This document shows positions 8,381-17,541 of a stretch of DNA of 64,000 nucleotides, one piece after another; the stretch's first letter is position 1; each line of letters opens with the position of its first letter. The notes beneath the pieces are model-generated. The model was not told the DNA's origin. It made no database searches and worked only from the letters and a program-made list of their open reading frames with translations. The position numbers and the translations under genes were made by a program. Location of the stretch: positions 100,964 through 164,963 of the forward strand of contig JBGGMV010000028.1 in the NCBI GenBank assembly GCA_041287865.1. Direction: 5' to 3'. This stretch comes from Alphaproteobacteria bacterium. GTDB taxonomy: Bacteria; Pseudomonadota; Alphaproteobacteria; Micavibrionales; UBA2020.

Positions 8381-9930
8381 CGATCAAGGCCGCAGCGGCG
8401 AAAAAATACGGCGCGCCGCGTATCACCCGTTTCGCGATTGCCTTCTGCCTGCTGCTGGCGCTGCCCTACCTCGATATTTATTACGGCATCAGGACGCCTG
8501 TGTCGGCTTTCCCGATGGCGCTGGCCTGGGTCGTGCACGTGCTGGGCGCGGCCGCGCACGAGCTGGGGCATACGCTGCTCCGCTGGCTGTTTGGCTATCC
8601 GGCCTTTCCGGCGCTCGACATGGAATATGGCGGCGGCATCACCTATGCCACGCCGCGCCTGATGGCGTTTCAGGCGGGCGTCTATGCGGTGCTGGCGGGC
8701 GGGATCCTGATGGCGCGGCGGCAGGGGCGTAAAAAGGTTTTTTACGCGCTCTGCGTTTTTGCGCTGCTGCACCCCTTGCTGGCGCTGACGCGCGGGCACG
8801 AGGTGGCGATATTATACGCGGGCCACGCGGCGGAGCTGGCGACGGCGCTGGGCTTTGCCTGGTATTGCCTGTTCATGGGCCAGCGGCCTGAGACGCCCTA
8901 TCTGGCCACCGGCGATTTCGCGCTGCGCGTGATGGGCGCGGGCGCGGGGTTTTACCTTGCGCTGAAAAACCTGCTGCTGGGGCTGGAGCTGATGGTCAGC
9001 AGCCCCTTGCGCTTCACCTACAGCCGGCAAAAGGATTTGCAGGCGCAGGGTGATTTCGACTGGGTGGCGCGCATCACGGGGCTCGACATAGCCGATGCGG
9101 CGGGGCTGTTGTTTTTCGCCGCGCTGCTGGCGCTGGGCTTCGTGGTTTATGCGGGGTTGAAGGATCGCAAGGGCATGATGCCGTCGCGGCTTGCCCTCTG
9201 CCTCGTCACGGCGGCGGCGAGTTTGCTGGCTTACGGCTTCGAGCAGTTCAACCTTTACCTGCCCTTCTCGCTGAAGCTGCTGTTACTGCCCGTCGCCGAA
9301 GCCGGGCATTATATGGCGATTATCTTCCACGAACCGGGGCATGCCGCATCGCACTGGGTCTTCGGCATTCCGGCGATCCCGCTGCTCGATTCCGCTTTGG
9401 GCGGTGGCATGACCTATTCGATCGGGCGGAGTTATGCGGTGGTGGTTGGCATTTACGCGCTGTTTGCGGGCGCGGCCGTACTGGCGCTGTACAAGAAGCG
9501 GCGCGATATCGCCCTGCTGGTCGTGGCCATCGCCTTCCTCCACGCCGCGCTGCTCTGGGGAGAATGGGAGCCCGCGATCAGCTGCTTCATGGGCCACGGC
9601 ACGGAGGCGATGGTGGCGGGATACCTGCTGCGCCGCGCGCTGCTGGGCTGGCACAGGGCGGATAAAAAGGCCGACAGTTTCGTCAGCCTTGCGCTTGCGC
9701 TCCATCTGGCGGGGCGTGTGCTGATGCTGGGCGTGGCGCTGGGTTTTTCAAACGCGCGGCGCATGAGTTATTTCGTGCAGAAGGGTTTTCGCGGCGAGGG
9801 CGACCTTGATAAACTAGCGGCTTATCTGGGCGTCAGCACGCAAAGCGTTGCGTTGTTTTTAGCGGCCTTCGTTATCGCCTGTCTTGCGGCAGGGTATTGT
9901 TCAACCCGCAAGGCTCAGGCAGCGGCCTGA
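8377..9930 (+). CDS. Membrane protein with two tandem M50-like peptidase domains
   Basis: GTGA overlap with previous stop; AHELGH..GGGIT..GDFDWVA and FHEPGH..GGGMT..GDLDKLA. Confidence 0.7.
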   Translation: MTIKAAAAKKYGAPRITRFAIAFCLLLALPYLDIYYGIRTPVSAFPMALAWVVHVLGAAAHELGHTLLRWLFGYPAFPALDMEYGGGITYATPRLMAFQAGVYAVLAGGILMARRQGRKKVFYALCVFALLHPLLALTRGHEVAILYAGHAAELATALGFAWYCLFMGQRPETPYLATGDFALRVMGAGAGFYLALKNLLLGLELMVSSPLRFTYSRQKDLQAQGDFDWVARITGLDIADAAGLLFFAALLALGFVVYAGLKDRKGMMPSRLALCLVTAAASLLAYGFEQFNLYLPFSLKLLLLPVAEAGHYMAIIFHEPGHAASHWVFGIPAIPLLDSALGGGMTYSIGRSYAVVVGIYALFAGAAVLALYKKRRDIALLVVAIAFLHAALLWGEWEPAISCFMGHGTEAMVAGYLLRRALLGWHRADKKADSFVSLALALHLAGRVLMLGVALGFSNARRMSYFVQKGFRGEGDLDKLAAYLGVSTQSVALFLAAFVIACLAAGYCSTRKAQAAA

Positions 9931-9938
9931 GGTTTTTT
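9914..9938 (+). terminator. Hairpin/terminator inside the convergent overlap of two genes
   Basis: CTCAGGC-AGCG-GCCTGAG followed by GTTTTTT. Confidence 0.45.
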
Positions 9939-10757
9939 CAGCTTCAGCGGGCCGTCGACCGTGATTTCGTTCTGCAGCACGGTGGAATCATTGGCTTCGC
10001 GTTTCGCGAGTTCGGTGAATTCAGCGCTTAAGCGGTCGCGCAGGCCCTTGACCAGCGCGGCTTTGTCACGATCGGCCATGCTGTCGAAGGCCTTCAGCAG
10101 CTTGTCATTCATGTGCCATGATTCATCCATGTGCTGCTGGTTCATCATCTTCACATAGGTCGCGCGTTGTTCCTTCGGCAGGTCGTTGAAGGCCGCGAGC
10201 GCGCGGGCGAGACTGCCGGTCAGTTCTTCATCCTGCGCCTGCGTGGGCGGGAGCGCAGCGGAAACCTGGGCCTGCGCCTTGCCGTGCTTGAAATGGTCGA
10301 TTACTTTGCTGCAGCCTTTGATAAAGCCCGGGACGCCGCCGATGACAGACCCGACGGTGGCCGCCCCTGTCACAAGAATCGCCGCCACCGCGAAAGGTCC
10401 CGCCGCCACGCCGATACCGACAGATGCCGCGCAAACGCCGACGATGGCGGGAATGCTGAAGCCTGCGCCCGCAGCCATGATGCCACCCGCAATCGCCGCG
10501 CCGACGCCGCCCACCAGCATGCCCAGCAACGTTGTGACCCCGGTGAATTCGCCGCTGTCGAGCAGCTCGCTGTACACGCGCAGCATTTTCGGGCGTTCCG
10601 CTTCTTCGCCGCTGTAATAGTTGTCGTCAAAGGCGCGGGCAATCGCCTCGCCAAAGTCCCTGACGGGAGCGAAGGCGATAGCGGCGATGCCTTTTACTGT
10701 TTCGGTGAGAGGGGCTGCGAAGGGGTGGTCGATAATGGCCTTAATCTTCTTGAGCAT
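9915..10757 (-). CDS. Hypothetical hydrophobic-hairpin protein, family B, candidate effector
   Basis: Start MLKKIKAIIDHPFAAP matches paralogue MLEKAKEIINHPYAAP; long Gly/Ala TM region; tail VLQNEITVDGPLKLKKP. Confidence 0.8.
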   Translation of the reverse strand: MLKKIKAIIDHPFAAPLTETVKGIAAIAFAPVRDFGEAIARAFDDNYYSGEEAERPKMLRVYSELLDSGEFTGVTTLLGMLVGGVGAAIAGGIMAAGAGFSIPAIVGVCAASVGIGVAAGPFAVAAILVTGAATVGSVIGGVPGFIKGCSKVIDHFKHGKAQAQVSAALPPTQAQDEELTGSLARALAAFNDLPKEQRATYVKMMNQQHMDESWHMNDKLLKAFDSMADRDKAALVKGLRDRLSAEFTELAKREANDSTVLQNEITVDGPLKLKKPQAAA

Positions 10758-10788
10758 CTTTTTCCCTGGACTGTTTCTAGTTTCCATA

Positions 10789-10817
10789 AGCGTATGGCAG
10801 GAGAGGCGAAGAGTCAA
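10789..10817 (-). promoter_or_regulatory. Sigma70-like promoter
   Basis: TTGACT-N17-TACGCT upstream of ATG 10757. Confidence 0.5.
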
Positions 10818-10880
10818 ATGAGAGGGGCACATTAGTACCCCAAATTAACGTATTAAGATATTGATATTATTTGATTTAGG

Positions 10881-11735
10881 CTAGCCGAAGAGGGGGCGTT
10901 TTTTGGGCTTCAGCTTGATGGGGCCGCCGGTGGTAATCTCGTTCTGCAGCACGGTGGAATTATTGGCCACGCGCTGGGCCATTTTTTCGAATTCATCTTT
11001 CAGATGCAGTTTCAGCCCGTCCAGCAGCGCGTCGCGTTCGTTATCGGGCAGGCTGTTCAGCGCCTGCAACAGCTTCTCGGACTGGCCCGTCACGGCGTCC
11101 TGATGCTGCTGGTTCATCATCTTCACGTAGGCGTCGCGCTGTTCGGGCTTGAGATCGTTGAAGGGCGCGAGCGCCTTGGCCAGCGCCGCGGTGAGATCTG
11201 CGTTCTGCGCCTGCGCGGCAGGAAGCTGTTGCGCCACCTGCTGGCCTGCCTTGGTCAGCTTGCGATGTTCGATCGCCATCTGGCAGCCCTTCACAAGGCC
11301 CGGCACGCCGGCCAGGAACAATCCGGTGCAGGCCGCGCCCAGCGCAATGACCCCCGCCAGCACGAAGGGGCCGGCGGCGATGCCGAAACTCATGCCCGCG
11401 GCGCCCCATAAAAAGGCACCGAGCAGCCCCGAGCTGCCATAGGCCGCGATGCCTGCCGTCGCAGCGCCCGCAATCGCCCCGATCGCGTATCCGAACATGG
11501 TGATGAAACCCGCGCTGTCCTCATACTTGTTCAGCCGCTCGTACATGCGGCGCAGCTTGGGGCGGTTCTTGATCTCGTCGCCATCGTATTTATAGGTGTC
11601 GTCGTCGAAGGCTTCGCGAATGCGCTCGGTGAATTTTTTCAGCGGCTGCATGGCGAAGACGCCGATCGCCTTCAGCGTTTCGGTGACGGGCGCGGCGTAG
11701 GGGTGGTTGATAATTTCTTTTGCTTTCTCAAGCAT
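10881..11735 (-). CDS. Hypothetical hydrophobic-hairpin protein, family B, candidate effector
   Basis: Clear paralogue of both neighbours; AAGGGAG RBS; tail VLQNEITTGGPIKLKPKK. Confidence 0.8.
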   Translation of the reverse strand: MLEKAKEIINHPYAAPVTETLKAIGVFAMQPLKKFTERIREAFDDDTYKYDGDEIKNRPKLRRMYERLNKYEDSAGFITMFGYAIGAIAGAATAGIAAYGSSGLLGAFLWGAAGMSFGIAAGPFVLAGVIALGAACTGLFLAGVPGLVKGCQMAIEHRKLTKAGQQVAQQLPAAQAQNADLTAALAKALAPFNDLKPEQRDAYVKMMNQQHQDAVTGQSEKLLQALNSLPDNERDALLDGLKLHLKDEFEKMAQRVANNSTVLQNEITTGGPIKLKPKKRPLFG

Positions 11736-12597
11736 CGGGGGTTGCTCCCTTCAGCTTGATCTTGGCGGCGGTGACAGGGGCCTGTAAAACCACGCTGTCA
11801 TCGGCGTCTTTCTGCGCTACTTCGCTGAAATCTTCCTTCAGGCGATCACGTAAACTGCGCAGCAGCGCATCGCGGTCTTGTTCGGGCATGGCGTCGATCT
11901 GGGCCAATATCTTGTCGGCGGGCGCGGTTGCTGCCTGTGCATGCTTGTCGTTCATCATGCGCACGAAGGGGCCTTTATGTTCTTTCGGCAGGTTGTTGAA
12001 ATGCTGCATGACCGCGGCGAGGTTCTTGGTCAACTCCGCATCCTGCGCCTGCGACTTCGGGAGTGCGGCGGCGACGGCGCCCTGGGTTTTCAAATCTTTA
12101 TGGTGTTGAAGAATATTTTTGCAGCCCTTGATGAAACCGGGAACCATGCCGAGGCCAAGCCCCACCATCCCGCCAGCCGTCGCCGCAATCCCCGCCGCGA
12201 TATAAGGCCCCGTGGCGTAGCCGACGCCGCAGAGCGCCAGGCCCAGCACCGTCGCCATGACAGTCTTGCCCACCACGCCGCCCATCAGCACAATACCCGC
12301 CGCGACGCCTGCGCCGCCGAAGGCCAGCGCGCCCACAACCGCGCCGCCGATGACGATGAAGCCCATGCCGCTTTCGTATTTTTCGGCGAGGTCCATCAGG
12401 CGCGCCATCTTGCTCTTGGCTTTGCCTTCGGTGTCGTATTTGTAGTTGTTGTCGTCGGAGGCATGTGCGCAGCCCTTAATGAATTTGTTGATCGGCATGC
12501 GCGCATAATGGATAACGCCCTTCACCGCTTCTGTGAGCGGCGCGGCGTAGGGGTTGACCCAGAAATCTTTCAGCCCTGTTTTCAGCTTCTGAAACAT
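11728..12597 (-). CDS. Hypothetical hydrophobic-hairpin protein, family B, candidate effector
   Basis: Paralogue (NPYAAPLTEAVKG); tail VLQAPVTAAKIKLK; ATG 12597 preferred over 12603 because the promoter -10 occupies 12604-12609. Confidence 0.8.
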   Translation of the reverse strand: MFQKLKTGLKDFWVNPYAAPLTEAVKGVIHYARMPINKFIKGCAHASDDNNYKYDTEGKAKSKMARLMDLAEKYESGMGFIVIGGAVVGALAFGGAGVAAGIVLMGGVVGKTVMATVLGLALCGVGYATGPYIAAGIAATAGGMVGLGLGMVPGFIKGCKNILQHHKDLKTQGAVAAALPKSQAQDAELTKNLAAVMQHFNNLPKEHKGPFVRMMNDKHAQAATAPADKILAQIDAMPEQDRDALLRSLRDRLKEDFSEVAQKDADDSVVLQAPVTAAKIKLKGATPDA

Positions 12598-12603
12598 GCC
12601 CAT

Positions 12604-12632
12604 AGACTATATTATGGATAATCAAGAGTCAA
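12604..12632 (-). promoter_or_regulatory. Sigma70-like promoter, probably leaderless transcript
   Basis: TTGACT-N17-TAGTCT with ATG 7 nt downstream of the -10. Confidence 0.45.
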
Positions 12633-12694
12633 GCGAAAGCAAAAGGGGCCGCCCATCCGGACACCCCCTTAAGTAACTGTTATAACTTATCTAT

Positions 12695-14668
12695 TCAGGC
12701 CGCTTTTTTAAAAAGCTGCTTGTGGTTGGCGATGATGGTATCGACGACCGACGGATCGGCCAGGGTCGAGGTATCGCCCAGCTGGTCAAAGGCGTTCTCG
12801 GCCACCTTGCGCAAAATGCGGCGCATGATCTTGCCAGAGCGGGTTTTCGGCAGGCCCGGCGCGAAGAGCAGCACATCGGGCGTGGCGATCGGGCCGATCA
12901 CCTTGCGCACATGCGCGACGATATCCTTGCGCAGTTCATCGGTCGAATTCTCGCCGCCTTTCAAAATGACATAGGCATAGATGCCCTGCCCCTTGATGTC
13001 GTGCGGATAGCCGACAACCGCGCTCTCGGCGATTTTGGGGTGCGAGTTCAGCGCATCCTCGATCTCCGCCGTGCCGAGACGGTGGCCGGAGACGTTGATC
13101 ACATCGTCGACGCGGCCGGTGATGCGGTAGTAACCCTTTGCATCGCGTTTCGCGCCATCGCCGGTGAAATACATGCCTTTGTAGGTGCTGAAATAGGTCT
13201 GCACGAAACGGTCGTGGTCTTTGTAGACCGTGCGCATCTGTCCCGGCCAGCTGTCGAGCAGCACGAGGTTGCCTTCGTTCTCGCCCTCCAGAATCTTCCC
13301 GTTCGCATCGACCAGCGCCGGCTGCACGCCGAAGAAAGGCTTGGACGCAAAAGCCGGTTTCAGTTCATGCGCGCCCGGAAGCGCGGTGATCAGGATGCCG
13401 CCGGTTTCCGTCTGCCACCAGGTGTCAACAACGGGGCAGCGTTTTTCGCCGACCGTTTCCCAGTACCAGAGCCATGCCTCTTCGTTGATCGGTTCGCCCA
13501 CCGAACCAAGGATGCGGAGCGATTTGCGGCTGTGTTTCTTCACCCACTGGTCGCCCTCTTTGATGAGCGAGCGGATGGCGGTGGGCGCGGTGTAGAAGAT
13601 ATTCACCTTGTGCTTGTCGACCGTCTGCCAGAAGCGGCCCCAGTCGGGATAGTTCGGCACGCCTTCGAACATCACCGATGTCGCGCCATTCGCAAGAGGT
13701 CCGTACACAATATAGGTATGCCCCGTCACCCAGCCCACATCCGCCGTGCACCAGTAAACTTCGCCTTCGTTATAATCGAAGACATATTCATGCGTCATCG
13801 AGGCGAAAACAAGGTAACCGCCGGTGGTGTGCAGCACGCCCTTGGGCTTACCCGTCGAACCCGAAGTGTAGAGGATAAACAGCGGATCTTCCGCATTCAT
13901 CGGCTCGCAAGGGCAGTCGGTCGACTGCTTGGACGTGATTTCGTGATACCAGACGTCGCGTTTTTCATTCCACGCGACATTCCCGCCCGTGCGGCGATAG
14001 ACGATAACGGTATTGACGTTCGGGCAGTCCTTCAGTGCTTCTTCGACGTTCGCCTTCAGCGGCACTTTTTTCGAGCCGCGCAGGCCTTCGTCCGCCGTGA
14101 TGATGACGGTTGAATCACAATCTAGAATGCGGTCTTTCAGAGAGGTAGGCGAGAAACCGCCGAAGACGACCGAATGCACCGCGCCAATACGCGCGCAGGC
14201 CAGCATGGCATAGGCGGCTTCGGGGATCATGGGCATGTAGATGGTAACGCGGTCGCCCTTTTTCACGCCGCGTGCTTTCAGCGCGTTGGCGAGTTTGCAG
14301 ACTTCGTCTTTCAATTGTTGATAGGTGACGTTCGAACTGTCGTTCGCCTCGTCGCCTTCGCGGATCAGCGCGACCTGGCTGGCGCGTTTGGGCAGATGGC
14401 GGTCGATGCAGTTATAGGCGACGTTCAGCGTGCCATCGAAATACCAGCGGATGCGCGCGTTGTCGGCGTAATCGACGTCCTTCACCTGCGTATAGGGTTT
14501 GATCCAGTCAAGGCGCTTGCCCTGCTCGTCCCAGAATTTCACCGGGTCCTTCACCGACTGTTCGTACATCGCCGCGTATTTATCGGGCGTGATCTTGGCC
14601 GATTTTTTCAGGCTCTCGGGAATGGGCAGATACTCGGGATGCGGCGGATGCTGGGTACGTTCGGTCAT
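12695..14668 (-). CDS. acs: Acetyl-CoA synthetase
   Basis: [36 protein letters not shown] and [11 protein letters not shown] motifs; 657 aa. Confidence 0.98.
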   Translation of the reverse strand: MTERTQHPPHPEYLPIPESLKKSAKITPDKYAAMYEQSVKDPVKFWDEQGKRLDWIKPYTQVKDVDYADNARIRWYFDGTLNVAYNCIDRHLPKRASQVALIREGDEANDSSNVTYQQLKDEVCKLANALKARGVKKGDRVTIYMPMIPEAAYAMLACARIGAVHSVVFGGFSPTSLKDRILDCDSTVIITADEGLRGSKKVPLKANVEEALKDCPNVNTVIVYRRTGGNVAWNEKRDVWYHEITSKQSTDCPCEPMNAEDPLFILYTSGSTGKPKGVLHTTGGYLVFASMTHEYVFDYNEGEVYWCTADVGWVTGHTYIVYGPLANGATSVMFEGVPNYPDWGRFWQTVDKHKVNIFYTAPTAIRSLIKEGDQWVKKHSRKSLRILGSVGEPINEEAWLWYWETVGEKRCPVVDTWWQTETGGILITALPGAHELKPAFASKPFFGVQPALVDANGKILEGENEGNLVLLDSWPGQMRTVYKDHDRFVQTYFSTYKGMYFTGDGAKRDAKGYYRITGRVDDVINVSGHRLGTAEIEDALNSHPKIAESAVVGYPHDIKGQGIYAYVILKGGENSTDELRKDIVAHVRKVIGPIATPDVLLFAPGLPKTRSGKIMRRILRKVAENAFDQLGDTSTLADPSVVDTIIANHKQLFKKAA

Positions 14669-14800
14669 AACGGGTTCCTTTTAAAAAGGGATTCGGTTGA
14701 ATTTCGGAGTCCAAGAATACCAGCGTTTTTACAGGCGTCTATTCCATTTAGCCCGTAAAAACGGCATTGCTGCGATGCAGTATGCCATAAAATGCGGCTT

Positions 14801-15352
14801 TTAAAGGGGTTCGCCCAGTTTTTGCAGGATGAAATCCACCCGCGCCGCAATCGGCATCACCGGCACGGCGACGGGTTCGTATCCCAGCGCGCGGTAGTCG
14901 GCCAGAATTTCCGCGCCGATTTTTTCGGCCTGCGTTTCGCTTTCACTGCGCACGCCGTCTTTTACCAGCGGCAGGCGGTCGAGCATAAAAACCGCGCGGT
15001 AACGGTATATTTTCGAGGCCTCGATGGCGGCCCCGACATCCAGGCCGGCAAGGCGGAAATAGACGATACTGTCGGGCGTGCCGCGATCGGTGAAGACCAG
15101 CGTATTTTTATCGAGCGCCCTTTCGCGCCCGACTTTGAATCTCAGGATTTTTTCCTGCAGTTCCTTCACATGATCTGTGCTGCGCACTTCGGCAAGAGTC
15201 ATGCCGTGCCGCAGGGCTTCCTCGATCAACTCCCGCGCGATCTCTGTCTGGATAGGATAGCCGCGTTTCGCCAGTTCGTCGATCACCGATGTTTTTCCCG
15301 ACGACGGTGCGCCGGTGATAACGACCCAATTCGTTTCGTATTTAAACGTCAT
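14801..15352 (-). CDS. P-loop ATPase/kinase, AAA_28 (NadR-like) family
   Basis: ITGAPSSGKTSVIDELAKRGY Walker A; FTDRGTPD. Confidence 0.8.
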   Translation of the reverse strand: MTFKYETNWVVITGAPSSGKTSVIDELAKRGYPIQTEIARELIEEALRHGMTLAEVRSTDHVKELQEKILRFKVGRERALDKNTLVFTDRGTPDSIVYFRLAGLDVGAAIEASKIYRYRAVFMLDRLPLVKDGVRSESETQAEKIGAEILADYRALGYEPVAVPVMPIAARVDFILQKLGEPL

Positions 15353-15908
15353 CCGTCGCCTCGCCGGAACAGGGGCCCCATTTATGCAGGTCGTGGCGTT
15401 TCACCTTGCAATTCATATGGCTGCGCCAGAACGAGGGGCAGCCGGCCTTGGGCGCGCGGCCTTCGCCCAGAAAATCGTCTTCGGCGGGCAGGCGGAAATC
15501 GGCGGGCAGGTTTTCGGGCAATACCTTGTATAGCGCGCGGTCATCGTCGATTGTCAGTACGTTGCAGGCGGCATCGCGGTGCTGGCGCACGGCGGCGTTG
15601 ATGCGCGTGAGCTCGGCTTCGAGCGCGGCATCATCCATGTCTTCAAGATCTTTGTCCCACTGCTGGCGGTCCGCGACGGCATTTGCGGGTATGGGATCGA
15701 GAGCATCAGCGCGGCGGCGTTTGTAAAACCCGCGGCACATATCCATCGCTTCTTCCATCGGCGGCGGTTGCAGCGGCACGGGGAAGGAGCCCGGAATGAG
15801 GGCCCAGATTTTATAATCGTCCACCCAGCAACGGTCATCGCCTTTGGCATCCCTGTGTTCGCGGATGGCGTGGCGGGCCTCGATAATGCTTTGCAGGGGA
15901 TCTTTCAA
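15342..15908 (-). CDS. Hypothetical protein with internal tandem duplication
   Basis: TTG start overlapping the EVE stop (alternative ATG 15938); two copies of A[IV]R[EQ]HRDA..DD..[IL][WY]..[IL]P..C..F[YW]; stop overlaps the ATPase start. Confidence 0.65.
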   Translation of the reverse strand: MKDPLQSIIEARHAIREHRDAKGDDRCWVDDYKIWALIPGSFPVPLQPPPMEEAMDMCRGFYKRRRADALDPIPANAVADRQQWDKDLEDMDDAALEAELTRINAAVRQHRDAACNVLTIDDDRALYKVLPENLPADFRLPAEDDFLGEGRAPKAGCPSFWRSHMNCKVKRHDLHKWGPCSGEATDDV

Positions 15909-16312
15909 ACGCCACCCAGCTTGCAAATGGTAGCCCATTCATCAGCGGTGACGGGCGAGACGGAGAGGCGCGACTGTTTCACGAAGGCCATGTTTTTCAG
16001 TTTCGTGTGCACCTTGATTTCCGCCAGCGTGACAGGTTTTTTCATCGCCGTGCCCGCCGTCACCTCGACCATGCCGAACTTGCCTTCTTTATCGGACGGG
16101 TCGGGGTGATAGATTTTGCTCACCTTCACGGTGCCGACAATCTCTTTCCCCTCGTTCGAGTGGTAGAAGAAACATTCGTCGCCGACCTTCATCGCCTTCA
16201 TGTTGGCGGCGGCCTGATAGTTGCGCACGCCGCTCCAGCCGGTTTTCTTGTCCTTGACCATCTGCGCCCATGAAAAGGCATCGGGTTCGGATTTCATCAG
16301 CCAGTAGGCCAT
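15905..16312 (-). CDS. EVE domain protein
   Basis: MAYWLMKSEP, WSGVRNYQA, GDECFFYHS and SRLSVSPV are EVE signatures. Confidence 0.95.
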   Translation of the reverse strand: MAYWLMKSEPDAFSWAQMVKDKKTGWSGVRNYQAAANMKAMKVGDECFFYHSNEGKEIVGTVKVSKIYHPDPSDKEGKFGMVEVTAGTAMKKPVTLAEIKVHTKLKNMAFVKQSRLSVSPVTADEWATICKLGGV

Positions 16313-16435
16313 CTCGGATTCTCCTCTTGCTCTGGAATTTTTAGCATAGGGTGTTGTTATATATAACCTTTATTGCATTTGCATAATGCTTGAGCCCTTG
16401 GTATAAAGGGGCGGTCACAACAGCGGAAAAGCCTT

Positions 16436-17041
16436 ATGGCGCAGATCATCATTTGCCGCGCGAGCGAGCTATTGAAAAAAGTGGCGGAGAATCCCGTCGC
16501 CGCCGTGCTGTCGATCGAGCATCCGGGCGCCGCGCTCGACAAGGGCGGATCGGCCCCGCGCCTTGCAGAAAACGGGCACGACAAAACGCCGCAGAAAATT
16601 CTCGTCTTCTGGGATTCGGAACAGCCCGTGCCGGGCGGGCCCGATATCGCGCAGGTGAAGGCCGGCCTTGAATTCGTGATGGATCATATCGGCGAAGGCC
16701 CCGTCATTATCCACTGCCATGCAGGCAAGGCACGGTCGGCCGCGATTGCGCTCGGCGTTCTTGCGCTGGTCTATCCCGACAAGCCCGAGACAGAATTGCT
16801 GGATATGCTGCTGGCCATCCGCCCGCAGGCGGCGCCGAATATTCTGGTCGTCGAAATGGTCGACCAGCTGACAGGGCGCGGCGGCAAGCTGCTGCAGGCG
16901 ACGCTCGACCATCCTGTTATCTCCGCGCAGCGCGCGCAGGCGGAGCAGAACCGCAAGGACATGATGGAGGAACGCCCCGAGTTCTATAAACGCATGTTCC
17001 CCGAAAAATTCCCCGATACGCCTAAAGGCCCACAACCGTGA
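16436..17041 (+). CDS. Cys-based protein tyrosine/dual-specificity phosphatase-like protein
   Basis: IIHCHAGKARSAA CX5R active site; IRPQAAPN. Confidence 0.85.
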   Translation: MAQIIICRASELLKKVAENPVAAVLSIEHPGAALDKGGSAPRLAENGHDKTPQKILVFWDSEQPVPGGPDIAQVKAGLEFVMDHIGEGPVIIHCHAGKARSAAIALGVLALVYPDKPETELLDMLLAIRPQAAPNILVVEMVDQLTGRGGKLLQATLDHPVISAQRAQAEQNRKDMMEERPEFYKRMFPEKFPDTPKGPQP

Positions 17042-17124
17042 TGGTGCTGGGAGTGATTGCGATCGTGCTGGCCGTGATTCTAGGCGCAGTGATATTTTGT
17101 GGCGGCGGGAACGGGGAAAACTAG
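17041..17124 (+). CDS. Possible 27-aa single-TM small protein
   Basis: MVLGVIAIVLAVILGAVIFCGGGNGEN, start overlaps the phosphatase stop; very short, so may be chance. Confidence 0.35.
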   Translation: MVLGVIAIVLAVILGAVIFCGGGNGEN

Positions 17125-17130
17125 TAACCT

Positions 17131-17517
17131 ATGAACGCATCAGATTTAAGAGCCTTCTTATTGGGCGACTTAGCCGCAAAAGAATTTCAATCGTTACTCA
17201 ATAAAGAGACAGAAGCTTGGGCCAAACGTCTCTCCGAACGCGGGCGTTCCGCACCGATTTCGCTGCTCGGTATGTATGAGCCAATAGATATAACACCGAA
17301 ACGCGCCCTTGTGCTCTTGGATGCGTATATTACAGGCGACTTTTCTGCAGCATCGTATGCATATGTTCTTGATGCCCTTCTGCTTAGCGAGCATGCCATA
17401 TGGACTGACTTGTCGGTTCGAGATGCAATGGAATACGTTCTTGGCGAATATTATCCAACGAAAATGGACAGGGAGCGGGCTTTGCAGGCACGCGAAGAGA
17501 TACTAATGGAGAAATAG
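17131..17517 (+). CDS. Hypothetical protein, lower GC (128 aa)
   Basis: ATG-started ORF filling the gap before gpsA; composition atypical for the window. Confidence 0.6.
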   Translation: MNASDLRAFLLGDLAAKEFQSLLNKETEAWAKRLSERGRSAPISLLGMYEPIDITPKRALVLLDAYITGDFSAASYAYVLDALLLSEHAIWTDLSVRDAMEYVLGEYYPTKMDRERALQAREEILMEK

Positions 17518-17541
17518 TGGGTTTATCTCGACGAAGATTCG

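Noticed and set aside
12722-14758. Many long antisense and alternate-frame ORFs over acs (and similarly over icmB, the aminotransferase, hemD-mic60, icmE)
   Set aside because: Expected stop-codon scarcity in high-GC coding DNA; they overlap well-identified genes.
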